64,000 nucleotides of DNA from Bdellovibrionales bacterium (GTDB lineage: Bacteria; Bdellovibrionota; Bdellovibrionia; Bdellovibrionales; UBA1609): contig OZ241329.1 of the NCBI GenBank assembly GCA_965199825.1, positions 2,464,001 to 2,528,000 of the forward strand, written 5' to 3'. How positions within the stretch are numbered: the first letter of the stretch is position 1; each line of letters begins with the position of its first letter. Below the pieces are notes generated by a model. It ran no database searches. It was not told the DNA's origin and worked only from the letters and a program-made list of their open reading frames with translations. This document shows positions 52,038-62,043 of the stretch, piece by piece. Both the position numbers and the translations under genes were made by a program.

Positions 52038-53611
52038 TCATTAAAAAACTTTTTCCATTTTTGCAGATGATTGGCAAATCGCTCATGCTTCCTGTTGCAG
52101 TCCTTCCGGTTGCAGGACTATCGCTGTGTTTGGGGAGCGCACAATTCGGATTTGTACCGCCCTTGATGTCTTTGATTATGGCTCAAGCCGGAAGCGTGAT
52201 CTTTACCAATCTGCCGCTGATCTTTGCCATTGGTGTCGCTTTAGGAATGGCAAAAAACGACGGTGTTGCTGCACTTTCGGCAACGGTCGGATTTTTTGTG
52301 ATGAATGCCACCATCCAGGTGGGCCTTGATAAAATGGACACCGGCGTTTTTGGGGGAATTTTAATCGGCTTTATCTCGGGCGCACTGTTCAACAAATTTT
52401 ATTTAAGTGAACTGCCGCCTTATTTAGGCTTTTTCTCAGGCAAGCGCTCGGTTCCGATCTTATCGGCAGCCGCCGCAGTAGTTCTTGGTTTTGCTCTGCG
52501 ATTTATTTGGCCACCACTGGGCTCAGGTATTCACCAGTTTTCGATTTGGGCCGCACAATCGCAGCCCGCGCTGGCATTTTCGCTTTATGGATTTGTTGAG
52601 CGCTTGCTGATCCCCTTTGGACTTCATCATATTTGGAATGTGCCATTTTTTTTCGAAGCCGGAAATTTTACCAGTTCCACAGGCGAAGTTTTGCACGGCG
52701 AACTTGCGCGCTACATTGGTGGCGATCCCACAGCCGGAAATCTTGCAGGTGGATATTTATTTAAAATGTGGGGTCTGCCTGCAGCCGCACTTGCGATGTG
52801 GAGAACGGCTCTTCCGTCACAGCAAAAGCTTGTTGGCGGCATCATGATTTCGGCAGCACTTACTAGCTTTTTAACCGGCATTACCGAGCCGATCGAATTT
52901 GCATTTTTGTTTTTAGCACCCGTTCTCTATTTTTTCCATGCCTGCCTGTGTGCGCTGGCGTACTTCACTTGCATCACCCTTGGGATCAAACATGGGATGA
53001 CATTTTCGCACGGATTGATCGACTTTGTTTTGCTGTTTCCAAAATCCACACATGCCCTGTGGTTATTTGTTTTAGGCCCGATCTGGGCGATTGGTTATTA
53101 CTCAATTTTTTATGCAGCAATAAAAATATTTAATCTCAAAACTCCAGGGCGCGAAATCCTTGTCGAAAAAACTGAGCTTTCGCCCCAAAATTTGGTTTTG
53201 GCCTTTGGCGGAAAATCAAATATCAAAACGCTCGATGCCTGCATCACCCGACTTCGCGTGAGCGTTTATGATCAAAATAAAGTGATGGTGGAAGACCTCA
53301 AAAACCTTGGTGCTGCTGGAGTTTTGCAAGTGGCCGAAGGGGTTCAAGCCATCTTTGGAACCCAATCCGAAAATCTAAAAACCCAAATGGAAAACTATTT
53401 AAACACCAACAGCTTTCAAAATTTTGGTGGCAAAGAAAATATTTTGTCATGTCAAAAAGTGGCTCATTCAAGATGGCGAGTGGAACTTAAAAATCCTGTG
53501 GCAACCGATCCCCATTCTTTTCCAGAGGCGTTGGCAGTACAAAAAATTACGCCAACAAAATTTCATATTTTATTTGATCCCCAAAACATGCCAGACTCCA
53601 CCGCTCTATGA
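52034..53611 (+). CDS. ptsG: PTS glucose-class EIICB, with an extra degenerate EIIB-like tail
   Basis: [46 protein letters not shown]. Confidence 0.85.
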   Translation: MIIKKLFPFLQMIGKSLMLPVAVLPVAGLSLCLGSAQFGFVPPLMSLIMAQAGSVIFTNLPLIFAIGVALGMAKNDGVAALSATVGFFVMNATIQVGLDKMDTGVFGGILIGFISGALFNKFYLSELPPYLGFFSGKRSVPILSAAAAVVLGFALRFIWPPLGSGIHQFSIWAAQSQPALAFSLYGFVERLLIPFGLHHIWNVPFFFEAGNFTSSTGEVLHGELARYIGGDPTAGNLAGGYLFKMWGLPAAALAMWRTALPSQQKLVGGIMISAALTSFLTGITEPIEFAFLFLAPVLYFFHACLCALAYFTCITLGIKHGMTFSHGLIDFVLLFPKSTHALWLFVLGPIWAIGYYSIFYAAIKIFNLKTPGREILVEKTELSPQNLVLAFGGKSNIKTLDACITRLRVSVYDQNKVMVEDLKNLGAAGVLQVAEGVQAIFGTQSENLKTQMENYLNTNSFQNFGGKENILSCQKVAHSRWRVELKNPVATDPHSFPEALAVQKITPTKFHILFDPQNMPDSTAL

Positions 53612-54126
53612 AACGATATTTAAAACTGATGCAGCGATTTGTAGACCGCCCCTGGTTTGCATTTGCCCTTTTTGCAATCACCGCAGCCGATGCCTTAATC
53701 GTGGTTGTGCCGATCGATGCGATTCTTTTGCCGGCATGTGCACTTGTGCCCAAGCGCTGGGCGCTGTTTGCCCTGAGTGTGGCTTCAGGTTCTGTTGTGG
53801 GAAGTATGATGATGTCCTGGCTCACGATTGCGAAGGGACTCCCCTTTATTTTGCAATATTACCCGGGTGTCGAACACACCCATGCGTGGGAAATCACTTT
53901 ACGATTTTTTGATCATTACGGATTAATTTTTATTTTCTTTTATGCGATTTCGCCGCTGTTTCAATTGCCAGCAGTGGTTGCCGCCACGCTTGCAGGCACT
54001 CCGGCTGTGCCACTTTTTTTAACCATGTTTGTGGCGCGAGCGCTGAAGTTTTTATTTATTTCTTATCTCAGTAGCAAAGCACCAAAGTTTTTTAAGAAAA
54101 ACTTTAAAGCTCCGGAATCTGACTAA
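53608..54126 (+). CDS. YqaA/DedA (VTT-domain) family membrane protein
   Basis: VPIDAIL, ASGSVVG, ISPL.., RALKF pattern. Confidence 0.7.
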   Translation: MKRYLKLMQRFVDRPWFAFALFAITAADALIVVVPIDAILLPACALVPKRWALFALSVASGSVVGSMMMSWLTIAKGLPFILQYYPGVEHTHAWEITLRFFDHYGLIFIFFYAISPLFQLPAVVAATLAGTPAVPLFLTMFVARALKFLFISYLSSKAPKFFKKNFKAPESD

Positions 54127-54556
54127 AAGAAATTTTATTGAACTCCCAAACTTGGTTCATTTTTTTGAAATGGACGTGGGGAACAGTCAAAAGGGTTTTC
54201 CCCTCTCTGTCTTCCAGCTTGACGATATGTAGCTCCACCACCACATCAGACGCATCGGGATCAATCGATGGAGTCAAATTTGGCAAGATGGCTTGGGCAA
54301 AAGCCTTTTCACCCTCAAATCGATAAACGAAAGCCTGCTGAAGTTTAAAAACCGAAGCATGAGGTTTAAATTCAAACTTAAAAGAAAACTCGTACTTTTT
54401 GCCCGAAGGCATCACAACAAATCCTGCCACATCAGTTTCTGCATCATTTTGTTGTGACTGCAAATTTTCTATTTGAACCGCACCCAACCCACAGTCGTTG
54501 GCAAAACTGGGCAAATAAACAAAAAATGTTGATAGAGCAAAGAAAATTCGCAGCAT
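54104..54556 (-). CDS. Exported hypothetical protein
   Basis: Signal peptide SFA. Confidence 0.65.
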   Translation of the reverse strand: MLRIFFALSTFFVYLPSFANDCGLGAVQIENLQSQQNDAETDVAGFVVMPSGKKYEFSFKFEFKPHASVFKLQQAFVYRFEGEKAFAQAILPNLTPSIDPDASDVVVELHIVKLEDREGKTLLTVPHVHFKKMNQVWEFNKISFSQIPEL

Positions 54557-54644
54557 AAGATCTCACTTGAAAGAATTAAGTTTGAGATCCTGCAGATTTA
54601 AATGAGGTCTGTCAAAGGAGTCTCAAGATTTTATACTTTTACCA

Positions 54645-55532
54645 TTAGTGAGAGAGCGGACCTGAATTAAAAAAGGGTTCGGTTGGAGTTTGAATTTGAG
54701 TGGCATCCACCAAAACCCCGTTTGCAAAGCCACGTTTTTGCAGCTCGTAAGTCATTCCGGTGAGCTTTAGCTTTTTGGTGTGAGCATATTGCACCCATGA
54801 ATAGGCTTTATAAGGGTCCACAAAACTCAAAGGATAAGAATTCTTAGGCGTCGTGTTCCAGGCCTGCGCACCGAATAAGATAGTCATCGGACTAATAAAT
54901 TTTCCGGTAATCACTCCACCAATCAAATTTGTTGGAACCCAAATCGAATGCGAAAAGTATTGCAGCAATTCGCGAGTCATTAGGCCTGCAACTTCCATCA
55001 CACTCTCGGTCACTGCAGCACATCCTCCGCCCTCTGCCCAACGGGGTCGCATCTGTAGGCCACCATAAACCTTGTCGTAATGAAGGGCCTGATAAGCCAA
55101 CACAAATTGTTTTGTCCGCTCACACGTTTTTTTTGAAATTTGAAAGTCCATAAAAGCAATACTGCCGCGTTGATAGCGCACAGGAAGATCCATCTCAATT
55201 TCATCTTGAGTTTCAAATCGCCCTGAGTAATTGGTCAAAAAAGCGCCAAGACCATAACCCTCTTTAAAAATCTTTGAGCCCATCTCAGAATTGTCGCTGT
55301 TGGTTTGACCGGTCACCAGATGAGTTCCGTCATCGCAGCTCAAATCAAAATTCATGTGTCCGATGGTATGAATGTTTTTAAGTTGGTCATCCACAGTACT
55401 GTCCGAATTGGCCGCACTCCAAGCCAAACCCTTGGGGCTTGACCAGTCAATAGCGGTGGGCGCGGGATAGCTGTAAACGGTAAGATGGTCAGCGTGGGCG
55501 AACAAAAGGCCAAGGGCGATAATCTGTATCAT
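54645..55532 (-). CDS. Exported protein, possible permuted papain-like amidase
   Basis: Signal peptide; HTIGH precedes EGGGCAAVTESVMEVAGL. Confidence 0.6.
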   Translation of the reverse strand: MIQIIALGLLFAHADHLTVYSYPAPTAIDWSSPKGLAWSAANSDSTVDDQLKNIHTIGHMNFDLSCDDGTHLVTGQTNSDNSEMGSKIFKEGYGLGAFLTNYSGRFETQDEIEMDLPVRYQRGSIAFMDFQISKKTCERTKQFVLAYQALHYDKVYGGLQMRPRWAEGGGCAAVTESVMEVAGLMTRELLQYFSHSIWVPTNLIGGVITGKFISPMTILFGAQAWNTTPKNSYPLSFVDPYKAYSWVQYAHTKKLKLTGMTYELQKRGFANGVLVDATQIQTPTEPFFNSGPLSH

Positions 55533-55538
55533 GTACAG

Positions 55539-55565
55539 ATATCGGCACCTGACCTTAATACTTAA
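55539..55565 (-). promoter_or_regulatory. FliA (sigma28) promoter, probably giving a leaderless transcript
   Basis: Minus strand TTAAGTAT-N11-GCCGATAT, ending 6 nt before ATG 55532. Confidence 0.7.
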
Positions 55566-55572
55566 AAATTAG

Positions 55573-56586
55573 CTATTTTTTGCGACGAAGGTAGCGTTCA
55601 CAAACCCCGTCCCACTTTTGTCCAACCCAAGCAAACGGCGACAAAATTGATTTTACAAAAGTATTGCTGTTGAGCACTCTTTGCTCGGCCTTTAATTTAG
55701 CAACAATGTCGGGTGGCAAGGATTCAAAATCTCCCTCAGCCAACTCGTACCATTCTCGCCAAACTTTAAAATTAACAACTCGATCCCTTTTCAATGTTGT
55801 ATTAAAAAGGTCGGTCCATTCGGGGTTTCGATTGGCACTATACTCTTTGGAAGTCATCGTCCATCGAATCAACATACCCAAAGGTGCAAGATCCAACTGC
55901 TTAAACAAAACTTTAATACGTTGAAGAGTTCTTTCTGGTTGTTCTTGCCCAAATGCGCCTTCAATGAGTCGACTTAAAATGTCCCATTGAAAAATGGCAA
56001 GCTTCCAGGTGCGAGATTCTGTGGGAACAAAGGTATTTCCAAAAGAGCGTAAATCATCGGTTAATTTTCTAAGTTCAATTCTCGCGGTACTATAAGCTTC
56101 GCGTTCATGACGGGTGCGAAAAATTTTGTAAGTCAAAAGCCCAAGAGCTCCAAGTTCCAAAAGGTCATAGGGACTTCCAAGCGGTGCCCTTACTATTGGA
56201 CCACGAATGGCGACAAGTGTTGCCATATAAGCCCATAATGCAGAGTTGGTCATGAGTATGGAGCGACCTCTTTTTCCCTGCGGCCCTGTCATAGCGAGAA
56301 AAATTTTATTCTTTTTCAAATCGGTCCCTGCAATATGGTCGACATACTCGTCCAAAAATCTACTATAATCACCGTCTCCATCAGGTTGCATCAATTCTGA
56401 AATTTTAAACTTATCGACATCAAAGTTTGCCATAAATGTTCGGGTTTCATCTCCTTCTCGGAGATATCGCCATCCCATATAATCAAAACGCGGCCCAACC
56501 ACTTTGGCAGTGTCGGATGTCGCCACAGCACCAAAAGCTTGGGCGCTCAATACTAAAGATAAACAAAAATAAATTACATTTTTCAT
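55573..56586 (-). CDS. Exported/membrane hypothetical protein with C-terminal CxxxL
   Basis: Signal peptide; central hydrophobic hairpin; ends CERYLRRKK. Confidence 0.75.
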   Translation of the reverse strand: MKNVIYFCLSLVLSAQAFGAVATSDTAKVVGPRFDYMGWRYLREGDETRTFMANFDVDKFKISELMQPDGDGDYSRFLDEYVDHIAGTDLKKNKIFLAMTGPQGKRGRSILMTNSALWAYMATLVAIRGPIVRAPLGSPYDLLELGALGLLTYKIFRTRHEREAYSTARIELRKLTDDLRSFGNTFVPTESRTWKLAIFQWDILSRLIEGAFGQEQPERTLQRIKVLFKQLDLAPLGMLIRWTMTSKEYSANRNPEWTDLFNTTLKRDRVVNFKVWREWYELAEGDFESLPPDIVAKLKAEQRVLNSNTFVKSILSPFAWVGQKWDGVCERYLRRKK

Positions 56587-57575
56587 AACACTTCCGCTTT
56601 GTAGAGGCGATAAGGGGTTCTCATCCCATAGAGTTTGCGTTCGAAATTTTCCTGAAGATGGGTCACCTTTCGGTAACTAAATCGAACGATTGAGCCCGTC
56701 GCCATTGTATGGACAATAAATTCATAAAGTGGACGAGACTCCACATTCATTCTTATAAAGTTATTTCCGGTGGCACTGATTTGGATGATCACTTCATAGT
56801 TTTCGCGAATCGTTCCGTTGACCACTGCGCGCACGGCACGCCCCTCTTTAGGAGCATCTTCTTTATTAAAAGTTTTAGAAAATGGATTAAAATTTTGATC
56901 TTCATAAAGCTCACCGGGCAAAATATTGTGCGAGTCCACCGGCCAAAATTGAAGCGCCACATTTTCACTTTGATTAAATAAATTAGATAGAGGGCCATGG
57001 TGAAATTTTCTAGTATAAATCAAGACTGGATTTCGACTGGCATTTTCAAGTTTCTCTGCAAGCTCAGAATTCCATATACTAAAATGCCAAGGGTTGGATG
57101 TGATAATGCACTCATCCTTGGTTGCTGTTGCTTCGAGAGTTCGTTCTTGGAGATCATGGATGGAATTAAGATGTTCGGTGCGTTCAGCAGAACAATCTTG
57201 GTCAACCAAATCTCCCACAATGCTCTCATAGCCCTGCTGCAACTCAGCCTCGAGCGTGTGATACCAAGCAAACATACTCCAAAATAGCCAACCTAATGTG
57301 ATATCGGGCACAGGCAGAGTTTTTTTGCCAGGAGGCGACTCCACTTTGCCCACTTGATATCCAATTTCTCTCGTAAAACCGAGAGTATCTATATTATAAA
57401 CTACCACGCCATTTTCGGGCACAAGGGTTGCGCGATGCTCACGCGATTCGAGTTCAGGAGCATTTGCAGCCGCTGGAATATCAGAACCCGCATGTTGAGC
57501 AAATGCGGAGGCCGATATTCCAATAAAATTAATAAAAACCAGCGAGACAAAAATTAAATATTTCATAGAGATCAC
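56583..57575 (-). CDS. Exported hypothetical protein, possibly two tandem beta domains
   Basis: Signal peptide; overlaps both neighbours. Confidence 0.75.
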   Translation of the reverse strand: MISMKYLIFVSLVFINFIGISASAFAQHAGSDIPAAANAPELESREHRATLVPENGVVVYNIDTLGFTREIGYQVGKVESPPGKKTLPVPDITLGWLFWSMFAWYHTLEAELQQGYESIVGDLVDQDCSAERTEHLNSIHDLQERTLEATATKDECIITSNPWHFSIWNSELAEKLENASRNPVLIYTRKFHHGPLSNLFNQSENVALQFWPVDSHNILPGELYEDQNFNPFSKTFNKEDAPKEGRAVRAVVNGTIRENYEVIIQISATGNNFIRMNVESRPLYEFIVHTMATGSIVRFSYRKVTHLQENFERKLYGMRTPYRLYKAEVL

Positions 57576-58660
57576 CGTACTATTTTATTTTTAGCGAGTT
57601 CCGCTGCGATAATCTCTGGATGTGCATCAATGTTTATAACGAGCATGCCGTCTTTATTGACCGCGACCTGTGGCAAATAACTGATTACAAAAGTTCCGGC
57701 CATCTCCGATTTTTTATTTGTGTTGGTAAGAGTTGTGTTGAGATTTCGCAAACCCTGTACACAATCAATCAGGTTCATATTGTCATCGGGGCCACAAGTG
57801 ATGGTCATGTTCGGTAGAAATTCACCAATGCTGGCCATCATTCGGCTGTACTGTTGTCGATCAAGCAAAAACTGTTTCATTAAAACAAACTGATTTGCTC
57901 CAGTTGAGATCCTGCTGTCATCCCCTTTTGAAGTGGCAACCTGTCGAACAAAATTATCAGCTTCCTCTTGAGATGAATCCACATTGAAATCGACACTGAT
58001 CATACGGTGATCAACGTAAAGCATGCGCGGCGTATTTGTGAGCCGCACGACTTCAATGCCCTGTAACCCATTGGTGTACATCAAGGCTGCATGATCGAGC
58101 AGTCTGAGACCATACTTGATTTGATCAATCGACAGATTAGCGTCCGAGTTGATTTGCACTTTCAACTTCTCACTCATCGCAGCAACTTGAGCCACGAGAT
58201 TGGTGAGTGTGGACCTCATTTTTTCGGTTCGCCCATCGAACAAGCTGGATCCCATAAACAAAATCAAGGGTTGATTTTTTTGCGAATGATCAAGAGTGAT
58301 GCGAAGGCTTAAACCATCGCGGCTTGGCTTTACACTATTTGTTTTTGAAACAACAATTTTAGATGCGCCATAGATGTCTGGATTTCTAGAAATATTGCCA
58401 TCAATTAAATTGATTGCGATCCGGTCCAAATTGCGCGCGCATTCCGCATCGCTCAGTCCAAATATAGGAGTCAGGTCACAGCGAATATTATAGCCAAAGC
58501 TATTAATGACTTCGGTGGAATTATAAATGCGTTCTTGAAACGAGTTTGCATTTCCGATCTGGGTGATCAACATGCTTTTAAGCGCGACGCTGTCGAAATC
58601 GGCATGTGCCGATAACGAACAAAGTGCAATTAGTGAGAGGCTTAAAAATTTTGAAATCAT
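57572..58660 (-). CDS. Exported protein with three internal repeats
   Basis: Signal peptide AHA; repeated I.(C/S).....(L/M)....(C/I)...L..L elements. Confidence 0.75.
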   Translation of the reverse strand: MISKFLSLSLIALCSLSAHADFDSVALKSMLITQIGNANSFQERIYNSTEVINSFGYNIRCDLTPIFGLSDAECARNLDRIAINLIDGNISRNPDIYGASKIVVSKTNSVKPSRDGLSLRITLDHSQKNQPLILFMGSSLFDGRTEKMRSTLTNLVAQVAAMSEKLKVQINSDANLSIDQIKYGLRLLDHAALMYTNGLQGIEVVRLTNTPRMLYVDHRMISVDFNVDSSQEEADNFVRQVATSKGDDSRISTGANQFVLMKQFLLDRQQYSRMMASIGEFLPNMTITCGPDDNMNLIDCVQGLRNLNTTLTNTNKKSEMAGTFVISYLPQVAVNKDGMLVINIDAHPEIIAAELAKNKIVR

Positions 58661-58682
58661 AAATTACTCCGCTAAACTTAGT

Positions 58683-59756
58683 TTATTGAGCCGAACTCAT
58701 TTCTACAGGACCTGACTCTTTCAAAGCGTTTTCTACCGAACCAAATTGTTGTTCGACTTGAAGAATCAAGTCTTGATAAGGAGCAAGAGTTCGAAAAGCT
58801 TGTTTGGTGTATTGAGAATAATTACGAGTCAAATTCAGGTAATAATAAGTCGGCGATTGAATCGGCGTATTTAAAACCTGCCAGAATTTTTTAAAAATTT
58901 GATGTTGAGTGTACCCATCCAGATGCTCGTTGAGCTGCTCGTCTTCAGGATACAAAACCCATTTATCAACCGCAGATTGTGCCACGACTACCGGGCTAGT
59001 AGCCACGGTTGCATAAAGTCTTGGTCGTTTAAAGAGGGCAAATCTTTTTAAGAAGAACCTGTAAGAAACAACCAACGCTACAGTTGAAACAAACATTTCG
59101 CCGGTGGCTTTAAGAAAATTTCGGTGTTCCTGTTTTGCGATCTGCTCACCCAATCCAATTTCAAATTGAGAAATTTCATTTAAACTTGGGATACCAATAA
59201 GTGCTTGGGTCATTTGATGAATTTCGGCTAGCATTTTGTGGCTCAACTCAATCCAAGGACGGCGATCACTCATCGGACAAACGTAACCTTTGGTATCGCC
59301 CAATTTGACATTGGCTTCATGTCCAGTCTGGATCATTCTTGCTAAGGTTAGAATTTCAGCAGAAACACTTTTAAATCTCGCATGTGGAATAAGGTCTTTC
59401 CCAAAGGGTTGAAACTGGGGAGTGGAACTCATACGGCTTAAGAGATTGTGAGCCTCATCGAACAGAGCCTCATACAAGTTTAAAAATAAGACGCAGCCTT
59501 CTTTGTCGAACTGCTTGTTTTCATTACCTTCAGGAAAAGCTCGAATAGCCTCGCTCTGCTTTTTAAGCTCGGCAAGGCTACTCGAAAATTCACTAAACTT
59601 TTCGGAAAATAACGAGGGATTAGCCGGGACGCCATTGGTGTACCTGAGATACATCTCAAGGACTTGTCGATTGGTGTAATGTTCGCCCCGTCCAGGAGCC
59701 TGGGCTTGGGCAAACATCGAAACAACCAAATTTAAAACAATGACAATCCCGTACAT
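58683..59756 (-). CDS. Exported helical hypothetical protein with a hydrophobic segment
   Basis: Signal peptide AQA; MFVSTVALVVSYRFF. Confidence 0.75.
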   Translation of the reverse strand: MYGIVIVLNLVVSMFAQAQAPGRGEHYTNRQVLEMYLRYTNGVPANPSLFSEKFSEFSSSLAELKKQSEAIRAFPEGNENKQFDKEGCVLFLNLYEALFDEAHNLLSRMSSTPQFQPFGKDLIPHARFKSVSAEILTLARMIQTGHEANVKLGDTKGYVCPMSDRRPWIELSHKMLAEIHQMTQALIGIPSLNEISQFEIGLGEQIAKQEHRNFLKATGEMFVSTVALVVSYRFFLKRFALFKRPRLYATVATSPVVVAQSAVDKWVLYPEDEQLNEHLDGYTQHQIFKKFWQVLNTPIQSPTYYYLNLTRNYSQYTKQAFRTLAPYQDLILQVEQQFGSVENALKESGPVEMSSAQ

Positions 59757-59757
59757 T

Positions 59758-61851
59758 TTATTTCCCTTGTGAAGCGCGAGTAACTTCAGCAGTTACTGGT
59801 CGCAAAAGTTCATAATCTACAGTGTTAGAAACTGAACTTGGAGTTGTCCAATCAGCAAAAGCAACTGCTCCAGTCATTGCAAGAGCTGTACTTGCAGCAC
59901 GCAATGGGTGTCTGAAGTCAGTCACTGCACGACGAGCCAACTGATCAACATTGGCTTTTTGGCGAACAGCAAAATCTTTCGATTTTTGCAATCCTGCACG
60001 GCCAAGGTCAGCAGCTTTGTTGGTAGCAGTAGCGGCAGCATCAACAACTGTATCAGCGGCATCAGCAACAGTTTCTTTAGCTGCTAAACTTGCATCAGCA
60101 ACTACATCTACTGCGCCCTTAATTCCATCTGCAGCGCCATCAACAGCACCTTTTACTGTCTCACGAATCTCACGAGGAGGAGCATCGCCAAGCATGTATG
60201 GACTGTTGATTTGTGGAAGATCCGCTGATGGAGCTTCTGTTGCAACATGCGGAGTAGGAACTTCGCCTGCCATCAACGCTTCATCTTCTGCAGCTTGTTT
60301 CTCAAACGCTTCGAATCGCGGGCGTGGAAGCTCTGTTCGGGAAACAGCGCCATCGCCATCGGTAACCAATACGACATCCGAAAGAACAGGCTCAAGAGTC
60401 TTAGCTGCGGGACCATTCATGATAACACTTTCAGCTAGTTCTGATTCGGCTTTGTTCAACTTGTCGATTTTGTAATAGGTAATGTTCGGTTTACGGAACA
60501 TAGTCTTTTTCTCAGCATGTGAGAACAATAGGGAATACTGAGGTATGCCGTTATCAGCTCCATCTAAAACACGAACAACACCGATTGCTTGCGACTCCGA
60601 AAAAATTGGTCTTCGACTTTCTAAAATTTTATCGAATTCTTTTTTCTCGATGATCGCTGCGCGATTTGCAAGTACAAAACTTGGCTGATCTTCAAGACCG
60701 GTCTTCACTAACTCTGTGAAAAGCGAACGATTTTTTACACCTTTTGTGCTAAAAAATGTTTGTACGCCTTCTGTTTTTTCAACAGCTCCAGCAACGGTTC
60801 GTGAAACTAATGCGGTTGTTTGGCTGACTTTTTTCGCACCAAAGTTATAAACGCCTTTAGCTCCATCAACACCAGCAACTACTGCTCCTGCACCTTTTCC
60901 GCCCAAATAGGCAATGCCATTAACTGTATCTGTCACAGGGTTAACGCCATATCCAGCAAGGACTGTTCCTAAAAGGATAAATCCGGCTTCTTTTGAGTGC
61001 TTAACAACAGCGTTCATTTGGTCAGCATGTCGTGCGCGACGTTCCAACTTATCAACTAACTCAGATTTTTTACTTTCGAAATCAGGATCCGAAGCACCAC
61101 GGAGTTTTTGTTGATGTTCTGCATTCAAAAAACGAATGACGTAAGTTCGTCCGCCGATTTCGTCATTTTTTTGGAAAACTAAATCAACAAGGTCATCAGA
61201 CAATTGAGTGCGTTCAGCATCGGTTTTTGATGCAAGGTATCTGTCGTACAAATCACTGATTGGAGTTTCAGGAACTTTAGCCGCAGCAACTGTTTGGGGA
61301 ACTACTGGAGTTACTGGTGGAGTCATTTCAGCTTTTGGAACTGAGGAAGCCACTTTGCCCATAGCACCGGCAATTGCGCCAACGGTTGCTTGTCCAGCGC
61401 CTTTAAGAGCTGCGCCAGCTTTTTCTTTTAATTCTTGGGTCTTTTCTGACAGACTTTTCTTTGCTTCTTCAGCATCTTCAACTGCTTGGTTGCCAATTTT
61501 GTTTGCTTCTTGGTCAACTTTTTTAGCAGCTTTATCTACTTCACTAGCCGCTTTATTGCCGGCATCGTTTGCTTGAGCACCAAGCTTATCCGCTTCGTGT
61601 TTAGCTTTGTCGCCAAGTTCGTCAGCTTTTGCTTTGGCTTGATCAGCAGCTTTGTTCGCTTCTTGATCAACTTTGTTAGCGGCGTTTTTCACACCGTTTT
61701 TTGTATCTTCCACAGCTTGATCCAATTTGGATTGAGCTTTGGAAATTTCGTTCCTATTAGCGGGCTGTTGCGCTGGAGTTTGTGGCTTATTACCGCCGCA
61801 ACCAACAAGCGATGCTGCCACTGAGCAATACAGGACCTTTCGTAGCATCAT
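59758..61851 (-). CDS. Large lipoprotein with LEA/apolipoprotein-like 11-mer repeats
   Basis: AGGAG RBS; lipobox LVGC; KVDQEANK repeated; strong codon bias. Confidence 0.8.
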   Translation of the reverse strand: MMLRKVLYCSVAASLVGCGGNKPQTPAQQPANRNEISKAQSKLDQAVEDTKNGVKNAANKVDQEANKAADQAKAKADELGDKAKHEADKLGAQANDAGNKAASEVDKAAKKVDQEANKIGNQAVEDAEEAKKSLSEKTQELKEKAGAALKGAGQATVGAIAGAMGKVASSVPKAEMTPPVTPVVPQTVAAAKVPETPISDLYDRYLASKTDAERTQLSDDLVDLVFQKNDEIGGRTYVIRFLNAEHQQKLRGASDPDFESKKSELVDKLERRARHADQMNAVVKHSKEAGFILLGTVLAGYGVNPVTDTVNGIAYLGGKGAGAVVAGVDGAKGVYNFGAKKVSQTTALVSRTVAGAVEKTEGVQTFFSTKGVKNRSLFTELVKTGLEDQPSFVLANRAAIIEKKEFDKILESRRPIFSESQAIGVVRVLDGADNGIPQYSLLFSHAEKKTMFRKPNITYYKIDKLNKAESELAESVIMNGPAAKTLEPVLSDVVLVTDGDGAVSRTELPRPRFEAFEKQAAEDEALMAGEVPTPHVATEAPSADLPQINSPYMLGDAPPREIRETVKGAVDGAADGIKGAVDVVADASLAAKETVADAADTVVDAAATATNKAADLGRAGLQKSKDFAVRQKANVDQLARRAVTDFRHPLRAASTALAMTGAVAFADWTTPSSVSNTVDYELLRPVTAEVTRASQGK

Positions 61852-61974
61852 AATTTTTCTCCTTAGAAAAATGAATGGGTTAACAATACCAATTGTAAAC
61901 ATTGGAAAAAAAGTTCGATCAGTTTCATTTAGTGATCAACCTTAGGAACTCGTCTCCCATACTGCAGAGCTTTG

Positions 61975-61990
61975 TGCAAACGAAACGCCA
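61975..61990 (-). promoter_or_regulatory. Putative sigma54 promoter of the five-gene operon
   Basis: Minus strand TGGCGTTTCGTTTGCA (GG-N10-GC). Confidence 0.55.
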
Positions 61991-62043
61991 CATTCCCGAA
62001 ATTAGGAATTGAATTTTGAACACTGTGTTGTGGGCGTTTTAGT

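Noticed and set aside
53424..53912. 162-aa Cys-rich ORF
   Set aside because: Alternate frame across ptsG and the YqaA-like gene
54559..54590. GATCTCA...TGAGATC inverted repeat (and CTCAAATTTTGAG at 5227-5239) as operator sites
   Set aside because: Short, inconsistent spacing; cannot be told from chance without statistics
59951..61824. Long plus-strand ORFs opposite the lipoprotein gene
   Set aside because: Antisense shadows caused by codon bias
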